64,000 bases of DNA from positions 5,547 through 69,546 of the forward strand of contig CAYPKD010000005.1 of the NCBI GenBank assembly GCA_964411255.1. The letters run 5' to 3'. Position numbers and translations under genes: made by a program. The notes under the pieces are model-generated. The model worked only from the letters and a program-made list of their open reading frames with translations, searched no databases and had not been told where the DNA came from. This document shows, in pieces, positions 41,221 through 49,640 of the stretch; the first letter of the stretch is position 1, and each line of letters starts with the position of its first letter. Source of the stretch: an uncultured Gammaproteobacteria bacterium (lineage in GTDB: Bacteria > Patescibacteriota > Patescibacteriia > UBA11705 > DATKZF01).

Positions 41221-42198
41221 TTATTTTACTAATCCGATTTGTTCTTTTACCCGTTCCAATGTTTGTGAAGCAACTTTTTGTGCGTTTTCTGCTCCTTTTT
41301 CTAAAATTTTTAAAACCTTTTTATCATCAAGTTCATTTATTTTATCTTGAATAGGATTTAGAAATTCAATAATTTTTTCAGCTAAGTCTTTTTTAAAATT
41401 ACCATAACCTTTGCCTGCATATTTTTTTTCAATTGATTTGATTTCTTCGCCAGTTACTAAGTGGTAAATGGTTAACAGATTGGAAACCGCAGGTTTATCA
41501 TCAGCATATTTTATTTCAGATCCAGAATCAGTGACTGCTTTCATTATTTTTTTGCGAATTAAATCTGGCTGATCTGTTATTGCAATATAATTATATTCTG
41601 AAGCGGCAGATTTGCTCATCTTTTGTGTTGGGTCATCGAGCCCCATCAAGCGGGCACCATGTTCTGGCACAAAAGTTTTCGGTACTTTTAGAGCATCCCC
41701 ATACAAATTATTAAACTTCTTGGCAACTGTTCTGGTTAATTCAACATGCTGCATCTGATCTTCACCTACTGGGACAACATCAGTGTCATAAAGCAAAATA
41801 TCTGCAGCCATTAGTACTGGATAGGTGAAAAGACCGGCATTGATATTTTCCTTATGTTTTTGTGCCTTGTCTTTAAATTGAGTCATCCGCTCTAATTCAG
41901 CAATCGGAGTAATAGTGCTTAGGATCCAGGACAGCTCAGTATGTTCAGATAAATGTGATTGAATAAATAACGTGCATTTTTTTGGATCAAGTCCAGCAGC
42001 AATAAATATTTTTGCCAGATTCAAAGTATTTTGTCTTAATATTTCAGGTTGCTGATAAACTGTTAAGGCATGGAGATCAACTATACAAAAATAAGAATCA
42101 TATTCATTTATGAAGTTAAGCCAGTTTTTTATTGCGCCAAAGTAATTTCCGAGATGAATTATACCGCTTGGCTGGATTCCACTTAAAATTCTTTTCAT
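41221..42198 (-). CDS. trpS: Tryptophan--tRNA ligase
   Basis: GIQPSGIIHLGNY (HIGH-type) and KMSKS signatures, 325 aa. Confidence 0.95.
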   Translation of the reverse strand: MKRILSGIQPSGIIHLGNYFGAIKNWLNFINEYDSYFCIVDLHALTVYQQPEILRQNTLNLAKIFIAAGLDPKKCTLFIQSHLSEHTELSWILSTITPIAELERMTQFKDKAQKHKENINAGLFTYPVLMAADILLYDTDVVPVGEDQMQHVELTRTVAKKFNNLYGDALKVPKTFVPEHGARLMGLDDPTQKMSKSAASEYNYIAITDQPDLIRKKIMKAVTDSGSEIKYADDKPAVSNLLTIYHLVTGEEIKSIEKKYAGKGYGNFKKDLAEKIIEFLNPIQDKINELDDKKVLKILEKGAENAQKVASQTLERVKEQIGLVK

Positions 42199-42205
42199 AT
42201 ATTTT

Positions 42206-42245
42206 TAGATTGGTAGATCGGTAGATTTGTAGATTGGTAGTTAGA
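42206..42245 (+). repeat. TAGNNNGG 8-mer array, left flank of the four-helix-bundle pseudogene
   Basis: TAGATTGG TAGATCGG TAGATTTG TAGATTGG TAGTTAGA. Confidence 0.8.
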
Positions 42246-42246
42246 A

Positions 42247-42629
42247 TTATTTATTATTTAATTCTTTAGTTTTTGAATTTGTCATTTTATTCAACATTCG
42301 CATGACTTCATTTAATAAATTATCAACTTTTAAAAAATTTAATTTTTTTCCAAATGGTAGACGATTGGCAATTTCTATTTGAGTTTCTAATTCTGCCCCG
42401 GAAGCATATGCTACTATTAAAAAGTGACGATATTCTTTTATTGTTAGTCGTTTTTTTCCTTCAGCGATATTCGAGGGGATAGATATAGCTGTTTTTCGTG
42501 TATGTTGAATTAATCCAAATGATTCAATTTTCGGATATTATTCTGTTAATTCATAGACCGCGACAACTAAATCCATTGCTTTTTGCCAAACAATTAATTT
42601 CCGGTAATCCCCAGGTTGATTAATTTCAT
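42247..42629 (-). pseudogene. Four-helix-bundle protein (23S rRNA intervening-sequence protein family), disrupted
   Basis: ..YRKLIVWQKAMDLVVAVYELTE*YPKIESFGLIQHTRKTAISIPSNIAEGKKR..YASGAELETQIEIA. In-frame TAA at 42538-42540, plus a frame offset between the ATG (42629) and the conserved frame. Confidence 0.75.
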
Positions 42630-42673
42630 TTTAAAATAATTTCCCATGTACTTTTATCCTATCATTTAAATCT

Positions 42674-42713
42674 CTACTGATCTACCAATCTACCGCCCTA
42701 CCGAACTAACTTA
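42674..42713 (+). repeat. Inverted partner array (CCNNNCTA words), right flank of the pseudogene
   Basis: CTACTGAT CTACCAAT CTACCGCC CTACCGAA CTAACTTA, the reverse complement of the TAGNNNGG family. Confidence 0.8.
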
Positions 42714-44444
42714 TTAAATTTCAATAACTACAGGCAAGACCATTGGTCTTCTTTTAGTTTTCTTAAATAAGAATGAGCCTACTTCATTTCGTAGCCTATT
42801 TTTTATGTTATTTGGATCTGACGGGCATTTTGGATTTTTATCTTTGATAATTTTTCGGACAAGGCTGCGGGCGTTTTCAACTAATTCCCGGCTTTCTTTC
42901 ATATATATAAATCCTCTGGAAATAATGTCCGGACTTCCGATTAATTCTCCGGTTTTTCGGCTAATAGTGGCAATGACCACAAACATGCCATCTTCTGACA
43001 TCTGCCTTCTGTCTCTTAACACAATATTACTGATATCGCCGACACCCAGTCCATCAACCATTACGTATTCGGTTGGTACTCGTTTTTTTGTCAAGGTACC
43101 TCTTGCTGTTTTGCCGCGCTTTGTAAATTCAATAATTTGTCCATTATCAGCAATAAAAATATTAGATGCAGGAATGCCCATACTTTCTGCTACCTCTGCA
43201 TTTCCGCGTAACATAAAATGATTGGCTTCAATCGGGATGTAGTATTGTGGTTTTAGCAATCTGATAAGCATTTTTACATCTTCTTGTTTGGCATGTCCGC
43301 CAGCATGAACGTCCATTAGCTTATTATGAAATAATTTTGCTCCCTGGCGGGTTAGCGTGTCTTTAAGGCTTTGAATTGTTCGTTCATTACCTGGAATTAC
43401 TGAAGACGAAAATATAACAGTGTCGCCTTTTGCAATACTTAAAAATCGATGATCATTATTTGCAATTCTCATTAGAACAGCATTATTTTCGCCTTGAGCA
43501 CCTGTTCCAATAACCACTTGTTTGTTTGCAGGCAGTCGCAAAAACGGTCCTTGTTCGACAATTGTACCAGGCTTAATTTTTAAATAACCTAATTTATGAG
43601 CAATTTCAACATTAGAAACCATACTCCGGCCATCTAAATAAACTTTTTTGCCATATCTTTCAGATATGCTGATTAATTGCTGCACTCGATTTAGTGACGA
43701 GGCAAATGTCCCGACAATAATTCTACCCGGAGCCACTTTGAAAATTTTATCAATATCTTCGCCAACTGTACTTTCAGATATTTGATAACCCGGCTGCATG
43801 GCGTTTGTACTGTCAGACATTAAAGCCAATACTCCGCTTGCTCCTATTTGTGCAATTCTGTTTAAATCAGCAGGTTTATCATTGACTGGATTAAAGTCGA
43901 TTTTAAAGTCACCTGTATGAACAATATTTCCGACAGGGGAGTTAATAACGACTCCAAAACTGTCCGGAATGTTATGATTAACCCTGAAAAAGTTGACTCG
44001 GAGTTTCCCAAGCTGGATATTGTCTTTTTCCGGATCAATAATCTGAATGTTTAGTTTTTGAGTTTTGAATTCCTCATGCCGTTTTTGGATCATTCCTGCC
44101 GTTAGTTTTGCAGTGTAAATTGGTGGGAAGCTAAGCTTTGGCATTAAGTATGAAATTGCACCAATATGGTCAAGGTGACCATGAGTGATAATTACACCTT
44201 TAATTTTTTTGAGCTTGTCTTCCAGGTAAGTGATGTCTGGGATAATAAAATCAATACCAGGCATGTGTTCTTCTGGAAATTGAAGTCCCATATCGATTAA
44301 GACAATGTCATTGCCATATTCGATCAGGGTCATGTTCCGGCCGACTTCTTCCAGTCCGCCTAAAACAATGATTTTTAGTTTGTTAGAAGATTCTCTGCTA
44401 GTCCATTTTCGTCTAACAGGTCTTTTTGTTTGTTTTCGAATCAT
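42714..44444 (-). CDS. rnj: Ribonuclease J
   Basis: Metallo-beta-lactamase HGHLDHIG, beta-CASP and C-terminal domain, 576 aa. Confidence 0.92.
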   Translation of the reverse strand: MIRKQTKRPVRRKWTSRESSNKLKIIVLGGLEEVGRNMTLIEYGNDIVLIDMGLQFPEEHMPGIDFIIPDITYLEDKLKKIKGVIITHGHLDHIGAISYLMPKLSFPPIYTAKLTAGMIQKRHEEFKTQKLNIQIIDPEKDNIQLGKLRVNFFRVNHNIPDSFGVVINSPVGNIVHTGDFKIDFNPVNDKPADLNRIAQIGASGVLALMSDSTNAMQPGYQISESTVGEDIDKIFKVAPGRIIVGTFASSLNRVQQLISISERYGKKVYLDGRSMVSNVEIAHKLGYLKIKPGTIVEQGPFLRLPANKQVVIGTGAQGENNAVLMRIANNDHRFLSIAKGDTVIFSSSVIPGNERTIQSLKDTLTRQGAKLFHNKLMDVHAGGHAKQEDVKMLIRLLKPQYYIPIEANHFMLRGNAEVAESMGIPASNIFIADNGQIIEFTKRGKTARGTLTKKRVPTEYVMVDGLGVGDISNIVLRDRRQMSEDGMFVVIATISRKTGELIGSPDIISRGFIYMKESRELVENARSLVRKIIKDKNPKCPSDPNNIKNRLRNEVGSFLFKKTKRRPMVLPVVIEI

Positions 44445-44550
44445 ATTCTAAAGTTTTTTTCGTGGCATGTTGATAAGGTTTTTTGAAAATAAAAAATATT
44501 ATTTGCCACCATTTGTTGATTAATTTATTAATATTGAAGCAAGTAAAGTT

Positions 44551-46395
44551 TTACTTAGACCAAGCTCTTTTTGTTTTAATATACCAATTTGAGATATTAG
44601 CAAAACGATGAGCAGGAGTAATTATTTGATGAGATCCTGAACCATTAATTTTTTTAGTAACAGGATATGTATAGGTAGGATTAAATAGAAAAATAGCTGG
44701 AATTTCTTCACTGATAATTTTTTGAAATTCAATATATTTTTTTCCTCTTTCTTCATTTGAAGTGGTGTTTCTGGCTTCTTCAAGCAATTTATCAGCTTTG
44801 GCATTTCTAAAACAAGACAGGTTCAAACCTGGATGTTGGCATTGGCTGGAATGCCAAAATGGATAGGGATCAGGGTCGTAACCCAGTATTTCTCCGTAAA
44901 GCAAAATTTCATAATTTCTTTCTTTTATTAAACTTCGCTGAATTTCATTAGCATCTAAAATATTTAGATTTGTTTTTACTCCGATCTGCTGCCAGAACTG
45001 CTGAATTCCTTTGGCTATTTTTTCAAATTCTGCCTGATTAGGGGCGGTAATTGTTAATTCTAAAAATTTATCATCTTTTTTTCTAACTTTAAAAGGATAT
45101 AGTTCGTCTGAATTTTCATTAGAATAGTCAGTCGATTTCCAGCCGGCTTCATCAAGTATTTTTTTTGCTTCTTCGACATTAAAATTATATTTTTTTATAT
45201 CATCAGAAAATCCGATGTAGCCTGGTAAAATAGGACTCTCAATAGTAGAAGCAGATTCCTCATAGACAGAATTTTTTATTTGCTCTTTATTAATGGCAAA
45301 AGCAAGGCTTTGTCTGACTGCTTTGTTTTTCAAAAGATCGTTTTTATTTTGATTTAAAAACAATGCAATGTATTGAGGCAGGGAGAACTGCTGGAAGTTA
45401 ACGCTTCTGTTATTAAATATTTTTTCTTTAAATTGCCCAGGCAGATAACTAATGCTTTCAATGTTCTTATTATTCAAAGCATCAATGGCGCTGTTAAAGT
45501 CTGGATAAAATTTAAAAGTCAATTGATCAATAAAAGGTTGGTCGCCATGATATAAATCATTTTTTACTAAGGTAATGCTTTTTATTGCACCATTTCTTTC
45601 TTTGGTAAGAGATTTTATCTTATATCGGCCGTTGCCAATTGGCTTTAAATTATATTCAGCCAAATTCATGTTTTCAGCGGGAATGTCTATCAGTATATGT
45701 TCTGGCAGAATGCCAAATGACAATGACTCAATGAACAGAGCAAAAGGTTTTTCCAAAGTGAATTTGACAGTATAATCATCCAGCTTTTCTGTTTGCACGC
45801 CACTGAAATTAAAAATTAAAGGACTTTTCGTATTTGGATCCTTAATTCTATCTATGGTGAATAAAATATCATCTGCATTTATTTTTTCATTATCATCCCA
45901 GAAAAGGTCTTCTCTTAGATGAAATGTATACACTTTCTGATCTTCACTAATATCGTATGACGCGGCCATATCATTGACCAGGCCCTTGTCTGGCTCAAAC
46001 TTTAATAAGCCAGAAAATAAAAGATAGCTTAAATCCAGATCAACATCATTTGTCTGCGCCAAAATAGGATTTATATATTGAGGCGATCCGATCAATCCTT
46101 CAGTATATTCTCCGCCGGAAGCTGCGATTACATTTGAATTTATCCAATAAAAATTTATCCCAATACTGACGATGCTTAAAATAATAACGGTAGAAAGAAT
46201 TTTAATTAATATTGATTCTTTTTTTGAAAAGAATTTTTTTAGGTATTTAAGTTGCTTAAAAGATGGTAATTTTTTTTGTTTACTTAAATCCTGAACCAAT
46301 CTTTGATCCATTTTCATTTGCATTTGAACCTTTTTTAATCTAGATTGTTTCTTAGTGTTTGTTCTACTTAAAAAATTGTGAAAAGGATTATTCAC
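44551..46395 (-). CDS. ABC transporter substrate-binding protein, family 5 (peptide/nickel type)
   Basis: N-terminal TM anchor, SBP_bac_5-like length and composition. GTG start. Confidence 0.75.
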   Translation of the reverse strand: MNNPFHNFLSRTNTKKQSRLKKVQMQMKMDQRLVQDLSKQKKLPSFKQLKYLKKFFSKKESILIKILSTVIILSIVSIGINFYWINSNVIAASGGEYTEGLIGSPQYINPILAQTNDVDLDLSYLLFSGLLKFEPDKGLVNDMAASYDISEDQKVYTFHLREDLFWDDNEKINADDILFTIDRIKDPNTKSPLIFNFSGVQTEKLDDYTVKFTLEKPFALFIESLSFGILPEHILIDIPAENMNLAEYNLKPIGNGRYKIKSLTKERNGAIKSITLVKNDLYHGDQPFIDQLTFKFYPDFNSAIDALNNKNIESISYLPGQFKEKIFNNRSVNFQQFSLPQYIALFLNQNKNDLLKNKAVRQSLAFAINKEQIKNSVYEESASTIESPILPGYIGFSDDIKKYNFNVEEAKKILDEAGWKSTDYSNENSDELYPFKVRKKDDKFLELTITAPNQAEFEKIAKGIQQFWQQIGVKTNLNILDANEIQRSLIKERNYEILLYGEILGYDPDPYPFWHSSQCQHPGLNLSCFRNAKADKLLEEARNTTSNEERGKKYIEFQKIISEEIPAIFLFNPTYTYPVTKKINGSGSHQIITPAHRFANISNWYIKTKRAWSK

Positions 46396-46413
46396 ACAGT
46401 TTATTATTAGATT

Positions 46414-46629
46414 TTAAATAATAATTTGAAGTAATGAAATACCTAAAAATAATATAGAGAGGATTATAGTTAGAGAAAATAATGTTTTTTCAATTCCTCG
46501 TTTTGTCCTATAAACAGCGCTTGTACCGCCAAAAACACCGCTTAATCCAGATCCGCGGTTTTGAAGCAAGATGGTTACTGACAGTAAAACAGCAATAGCC
46601 AACTGTACAATTGTAATTATATTTTTCAT
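46414..46629 (-). CDS. secG: Preprotein translocase subunit SecG
   Basis: 71 aa, two TM, LLQNRGSGLSGVFGG motif. Confidence 0.85.
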   Translation of the reverse strand: MKNIITIVQLAIAVLLSVTILLQNRGSGLSGVFGGTSAVYRTKRGIEKTLFSLTIILSILFLGISLLQIII

Positions 46630-46769
46630 AAGTTTTTTGTAAGAAACGTCAAATGATATTTACATTATAATTGATAAGGACATATTTGTCAATCCCTGTG
46701 TTGTTAGAAAATTTTTTTGTACTCAGTTTCATTTTTCTATGCAGTAAAAAAATGCTATAATATAAATCA

Positions 46770-47465
46770 ATGAAAGAAGCTAATAAATTGTATAAAAACT
46801 GGTGGTTTAAGCCAACAATAGTTATTATTGGCATTCTTTTGATTATAATAATGATAAACGTAAAAGTCAATAGGCCATTTGAGGATTTTATAAAAAAAAT
46901 AAAACAGGCAGCAGTGCCAATTGAAAGCACTTATAATATGGATGAGATACGAACTGACAATGATCCGTATTTGGGGATTAAAGAAGCACCTGTTCAGATT
47001 GTGGAATTCGGAGATTTTAATTGTCCGTATTGCAAGGCTTCTGTATCAATAATGAGAGAAGTACTGCTAGAGTATGAAGATGAAGTTTTTTATCAGTTCA
47101 GAGATTTTCCAGTAGTATCTGAACAATCAATATTTTTGGCAATGGCAGGCAGCTGCGCTCATGAGCAAAATAAATTTTGGGCATTACATGATTTGCTCTT
47201 TCAAAGACAGGGAGAAATTAATGAACTCAATATTAATCAGTATGCGCAAAGCGTGGGCTTGAACACCAATCAGTTTAGTGAATGTATAAGTAGTGAAAAA
47301 TTTAAAAATGAAGCAATGGAAGATTTTTTAGCTGGAGATAAATTGCAGGTCAAGGGCACGCCAACATTTTTCGTTAATGGGAACAAATTCCAGGGCGTAC
47401 CAACAAAGGAAAATTTAAAAAGAATAATTGATCAGCTTATTTTAATAGAAGAAAAAAAACAATAG
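46770..47465 (+). CDS. DsbA-family thiol:disulfide oxidoreductase, membrane-anchored
   Basis: N-terminal TM, CPYC active site. TGcTATAAT ends 8 nt before the ATG and there is no SD. Confidence 0.85.
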   Translation: MKEANKLYKNWWFKPTIVIIGILLIIIMINVKVNRPFEDFIKKIKQAAVPIESTYNMDEIRTDNDPYLGIKEAPVQIVEFGDFNCPYCKASVSIMREVLLEYEDEVFYQFRDFPVVSEQSIFLAMAGSCAHEQNKFWALHDLLFQRQGEINELNINQYAQSVGLNTNQFSECISSEKFKNEAMEDFLAGDKLQVKGTPTFFVNGNKFQGVPTKENLKRIIDQLILIEEKKQ

Positions 47466-47472
47466 TTTATAT

Positions 47473-48024
47473 ATGAAAGAAATAAGAATACATGGGCGAG
47501 GTGGTCAAGGCACAGTTACTGCAGCTGAACTTTTAGCAATGGCAATTTTTTTTGATGGCAAATATTCTCAAGCTTTTCCAAACTTTGGAGTAGAAAGAAG
47601 GGGTGCGCCTGTAGAATCATATGTTAGAATTGGCAAAAAGCCAATCAGGCTGCGTTCCCAGATTTATAAGCCAGACTTTTTAATCATTATGGATTTAAGT
47701 TTATTAGATTTGCAGCAGGTTTTAGCAGGTACAAATAAGGATACGATTGCGCTGGTTAATAGCGAGGTAAAACGAAAATTAAAGGGAATGAAATCGTATC
47801 ATATACCTGCCACTTCTGTTGCCCTAGAAGCGATTGGCAGTCCATTGCTTATCAATACGGCATTAATGGCAGCCTTTATTACAATAACTAAATTGGTTGA
47901 TTTTGATTCATTGATAAAGGCAGTACAAGAAAGATTTTTATATAAGGGAGAAGAAGTAGTTAAAAAAAATATTATTGCAATGAAAGTGGCGAAAAAATTT
48001 ATGGAAGAAGAATACAGCTTGTAA
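47473..48024 (+). CDS. porC: 2-oxoacid (pyruvate):ferredoxin oxidoreductase gamma subunit
   Basis: IRIHGRGGQG..AFPNFGVERRGAP motif. Confidence 0.9.
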   Translation: MKEIRIHGRGGQGTVTAAELLAMAIFFDGKYSQAFPNFGVERRGAPVESYVRIGKKPIRLRSQIYKPDFLIIMDLSLLDLQQVLAGTNKDTIALVNSEVKRKLKGMKSYHIPATSVALEAIGSPLLINTALMAAFITITKLVDFDSLIKAVQERFLYKGEEVVKKNIIAMKVAKKFMEEEYSL

Positions 48025-48034
48025 TAACAAAATT

Positions 48035-48313
48035 ATGAAAAAACCATTACATACCAAATCAGGTACAACCAAAGATAATAAAACAGGTTCATGGCGGACA
48101 TATGTGCCAGTTGTTGATCATGATAAATGCATTGCCTGCGGAATTTGCGCTCGCGTATGCCCTGAAGGATGTGTTTTTCCGGTGGGAGAAAGAGTGTTAC
48201 AGAAAAATGCTAAAATTTTTTATGAACATGACTTGGATTATTGCAAGGGCTGCGGAGTTTGCGTTGAAGAATGCCCGGTTAAGTGTATAAAAATGGTTAG
48301 AGAGGAAAAGTAA
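48035..48313 (+). CDS. porD: 2-oxoacid:ferredoxin oxidoreductase delta subunit (2x[4Fe-4S])
   Basis: CIACGICARVCPEG and CKGCGVCVEECP cluster motifs. Confidence 0.9.
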   Translation: MKKPLHTKSGTTKDNKTGSWRTYVPVVDHDKCIACGICARVCPEGCVFPVGERVLQKNAKIFYEHDLDYCKGCGVCVEECPVKCIKMVREEK

Positions 48314-48438
48314 TTTAAATTTGAGAATAGTTATTTAGAAATCAGTATTAGAAATAAGATAATAAAAATAGTTTTTAAATACTAATTTCAAATTTCCATT
48401 TTCCATTACCAATTTTGATTTTCTATAAACTAATTTCT

Positions 48439-49539
48439 ATGAGAAAAAACATTGAGGGATCAGAAGCAATAGCTGAGGTGGTTAAATTAATACAACCAGA
48501 AGTGGTAGCCACTTTTCCAATTACACCTCAGACTCATATAATAGAACATCTGGCTAAATATAAAGCAGATGGTGAGGTTGGTTTTGAATATATAAAAACT
48601 GAAAGTGAGTTTGCAGCAGCCTCAGTTGTTTTGGGTGCCAGCGCGATGGGGGTACGGGTATACACCGCTTCCAGCTCACAAGGATTGCTTTTAATGGGCG
48701 AGGTTTTATATGACATTGCTGGCATGAGATTGCCCGTGGTTATAACTGCAGCTAATAGGGCGATTTCCGCGCCATTAAATATTTGGAATGACCATCAGGA
48801 TGTAATGCCTTTTCGTGATGCTGGCTGGATAATGCTTTTTGCTGAGACTAATCAGGAGGCGATGGATCTGCATCTTTTGGCTTTCAAGTTGGCTGAAAAA
48901 TTATCGCTCCCAGCAATGGTTTGCATGGATGGTTTTGTCTTAACCCACACTTATGAGCCGGTTGACATTCCAAAGTTAAGCGAAGTTAAAAAGTTTTTAC
49001 CTAAATACAGGCCAAAGAAAAATACATATTTAGATGTGATTAATCCGGTTAGCCTGGGTTGTTTTGCCACCCCAGCTGATTATCAGGAAATAAGACTGGA
49101 ATTACATGAGGATTTATTAAAATCAAAAAATCTATTCATTCAGGAAGCAAAGAAATTTAAAAAGATTTTTAAACGGAATTTAAATATTATTGATTATTAC
49201 GGCCCAAAAAATGCAAAAACTGTAATTGTCGCGATGGGAGCAGCTTTAGGCACCATTAAAGAAGCTGCAGATCAGTTAAATGAAAAAGGATCAAAGGTGG
49301 GAGTATTAAAAATATCAATGCTGCGGCCTTTTCCAAAAATGGAAATAAAACATTTATTAAAAGATAAAAAAAACGTGATTGTTCTGGATCGGGCAATATC
49401 ACTGGGTTCTGGTGGTATATTATATAATGAGGTTAGAAATGCTTTATGCAATACCAATGCCAAGGTTAGCGGAGCAGTAAACGGCTTGGGTGGAAGGGAT
49501 ATTACAATTGATTTTATTAAAAAACTTATTGTAGCGTGA
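48439..49539 (+). CDS. porA: 2-oxoacid:ferredoxin oxidoreductase alpha subunit
   Basis: GSEAIAE..ATFPITPQT N-terminus. Start moved to ATG 48439. Confidence 0.9.
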   Translation: MRKNIEGSEAIAEVVKLIQPEVVATFPITPQTHIIEHLAKYKADGEVGFEYIKTESEFAAASVVLGASAMGVRVYTASSSQGLLLMGEVLYDIAGMRLPVVITAANRAISAPLNIWNDHQDVMPFRDAGWIMLFAETNQEAMDLHLLAFKLAEKLSLPAMVCMDGFVLTHTYEPVDIPKLSEVKKFLPKYRPKKNTYLDVINPVSLGCFATPADYQEIRLELHEDLLKSKNLFIQEAKKFKKIFKRNLNIIDYYGPKNAKTVIVAMGAALGTIKEAADQLNEKGSKVGVLKISMLRPFPKMEIKHLLKDKKNVIVLDRAISLGSGGILYNEVRNALCNTNAKVSGAVNGLGGRDITIDFIKKLIVA

Positions 49540-49556
49540 TAATTTTGAGAATTGGA

Positions 49557-49633
49557 GGTTACGGAATTACGGAAGGTTACTGATATTACGGATATCCGTA
49601 GTATCCGTAATAATCAGTAAATCCGTAATCCCT
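49557..49633. repeat. 8-nt-periodic array with central inversion (TTACGGA words, then TCCGTAA words)
   Basis: GTTACGGA ATTACGGA AGGTTACT GATATTAC GGAT|ATCC GTAGTATC CGTAATAA TCAGTAAA TCCGTAAT. Centre at 49593/49594. Confidence 0.8.
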
Positions 49634-49640
49634 AATAAAT

